Shown here one piece after another: positions 31,358-32,000 of a stretch of 32,000 nt of DNA (the first letter of the stretch is position 1; every line of letters starts with the position of its first letter). A model generated the notes under the pieces. That model worked only from the letters and a program-made list of their open reading frames with translations, did no database searches and had not been told where the DNA came from. Made by a program: the position numbers and the translations under genes. The stretch covers positions 780,001 through 812,000 of the forward strand of contig OY969902.1 of NCBI GenBank assembly GCA_963704435.1, given 5' to 3'. This DNA is from an uncultured archaeon (GTDB taxonomy: Archaea; Micrarchaeota; Micrarchaeia; Micrarchaeales; CABMGC01).

Positions 31358-32000
31358 TCACGCGGTCCCGGGAGGCACCTGGGACAGTATCCTCCCGGCG
31401 ATCTCCTTGCCGAACATCGAGACGACCTTCGCCCTCGCCTCCTCCGACCTCAGGTCCGATACGCGCCTTATCCCGTTGTCGTACATGAGCCTCGCCCTGA
31501 CCCTTCCCACCTGCTCCAGCCTGACGAGGTCTAGCAGCTCCCTCCTTATGCCGTACTTCGCCCTCATCCTTATCTCAAGCAGCCTCATGACGTTCATCCT
31601 GAGCAGCTTCGCCAGCTCCGTGCTCGCGTACAGCAGCCAGTCCGAGTTGTTCAGCTTGGCGAAGAGCGAGCCGGGCGTGGTGTTGTATCTCTTGACCACG
31701 TCGCGCTCCCCTATCTCGCCTATCCAGTCCCGGAGCATGAGCGCCGTGCTCAGCGGCTTGACCGGGTCGTAGTATGAGAAACTGCCGGATTCGGGGTTCG
31801 CGCCGGTGCCCTCGGTCAGGCGGGCGTAGGAGGTCAGAAACAGGTCGTTGGCCTCGTCCGTGGCCTTCACGAACGGCTTCATCTCCTGCGTGTTGCATAT
31901 CATGAAAAGGTAGGAGACGTCGTCCGTCACCTTAGGCAGGGTGTCGACTATCCACTTCGCGGAGAGCGGATCTATGTAGAGCTCGCTGACGCGTGCGCCC
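31358..32000 (-). CDS. hel308: Hel308/Ski2-like DNA helicase, C-terminal part (partial, continues past window end)
   Basis: I translated the frame upstream of the track ORF. It stays open to base 32000 (GARVSELYIDPLSAKWIVDTL...). The ratchet and HhH domain sequences are typical of Hel308 (LMLRDWIGEIGERDVVKRYNTTPGSL, LVRLEQVGRVRARLMYDNGIRRVSDL). Confidence 0.85.
   Translation of the reverse strand, partial: GARVSELYIDPLSAKWIVDTLPKVTDDVSYLFMICNTQEMKPFVKATDEANDLFLTSYARLTEGTGANPESGSFSYYDPVKPLSTALMLRDWIGEIGERDVVKRYNTTPGSLFAKLNNSDWLLYASTELAKLLRMNVMRLLEIRMRAKYGIRRELLDLVRLEQVGRVRARLMYDNGIRRVSDLRSEEARAKVVSMFGKEIAGRILSQVPPGTA

Noticed and set aside
1-32000. CRISPR arrays, rRNA genes, IS elements, integrases or long direct repeats
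   Set aside because: Reading both strands, I found no regularly spaced repeats, no rRNA-like conserved blocks and no DDE, tyrosine-recombinase or serine-recombinase-like ORFs. The AT-rich patches lack recognisable mobility genes.

Overview
Densely coded archaeal chromosomal segment. Evidence for an archaeal origin: aIF5A with a hypusine-site motif, ribosomal proteins S24e and S27ae, a Hel308 helicase fragment, an ATP-dependent DNA ligase, FtsZ1, FtsZ2 and SepF, and A/T-rich TATA-like boxes about 25 nt upstream of several start codons. The backbone is about 60% G+C, from hand counts on sampled 60-nt lines. I call about 38 protein genes and one tRNA-Val(GAC). I saw no rRNA, CRISPR array, transposase or integrase. 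Housekeeping content: 2-oxoacid dehydrogenase E1-alpha; a three-gene ABC-2 transporter; a short NFACT/Rqc2-like protein; RNase Z; an ExoIII-like nuclease; MsrB and MsrA; threonine synthase; ValRS; a suf operon (HTH/Cys regulator, sufB, sufD, sufC, sufS); an Mtq2/HemK-like methyltransferase; DNA ligase; tandem ftsZ1-ftsZ2; aIF5A-S24e-S27ae followed by a CPBP protease; vapBC; a TrmJ-like methyltransferase; sepF; and the hel308 3' end. Low-GC patches interrupt the backbone. (1) 1110-1700 carries a single SET-domain methyltransferase gene. (2) 10373-12372 carries a minus-strand radical-SAM/SPASM plus GNAT cassette in which both genes are damaged (a frameshift and a missing start codon), with a possible 39-aa upstream ORF. 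(3) 14743-16900 holds a C2H2-zinc-finger mini-protein divergent from an unusual 460-aa tandem Lrp/AsnC protein. (4) The 3' half of an uncharacterised 281-aa ORF next to the Mtq2-like gene is also low in GC. The best candidates for something undescribed are the rSAM/SPASM-GNAT islet, the Cys-cluster HTH regulator with a perfect palindrome in front of the suf operon, the tandem-Lrp/zinc-finger pair and the chimeric hypothetical protein. All functional calls rest on motifs read by eye. No database search was run.
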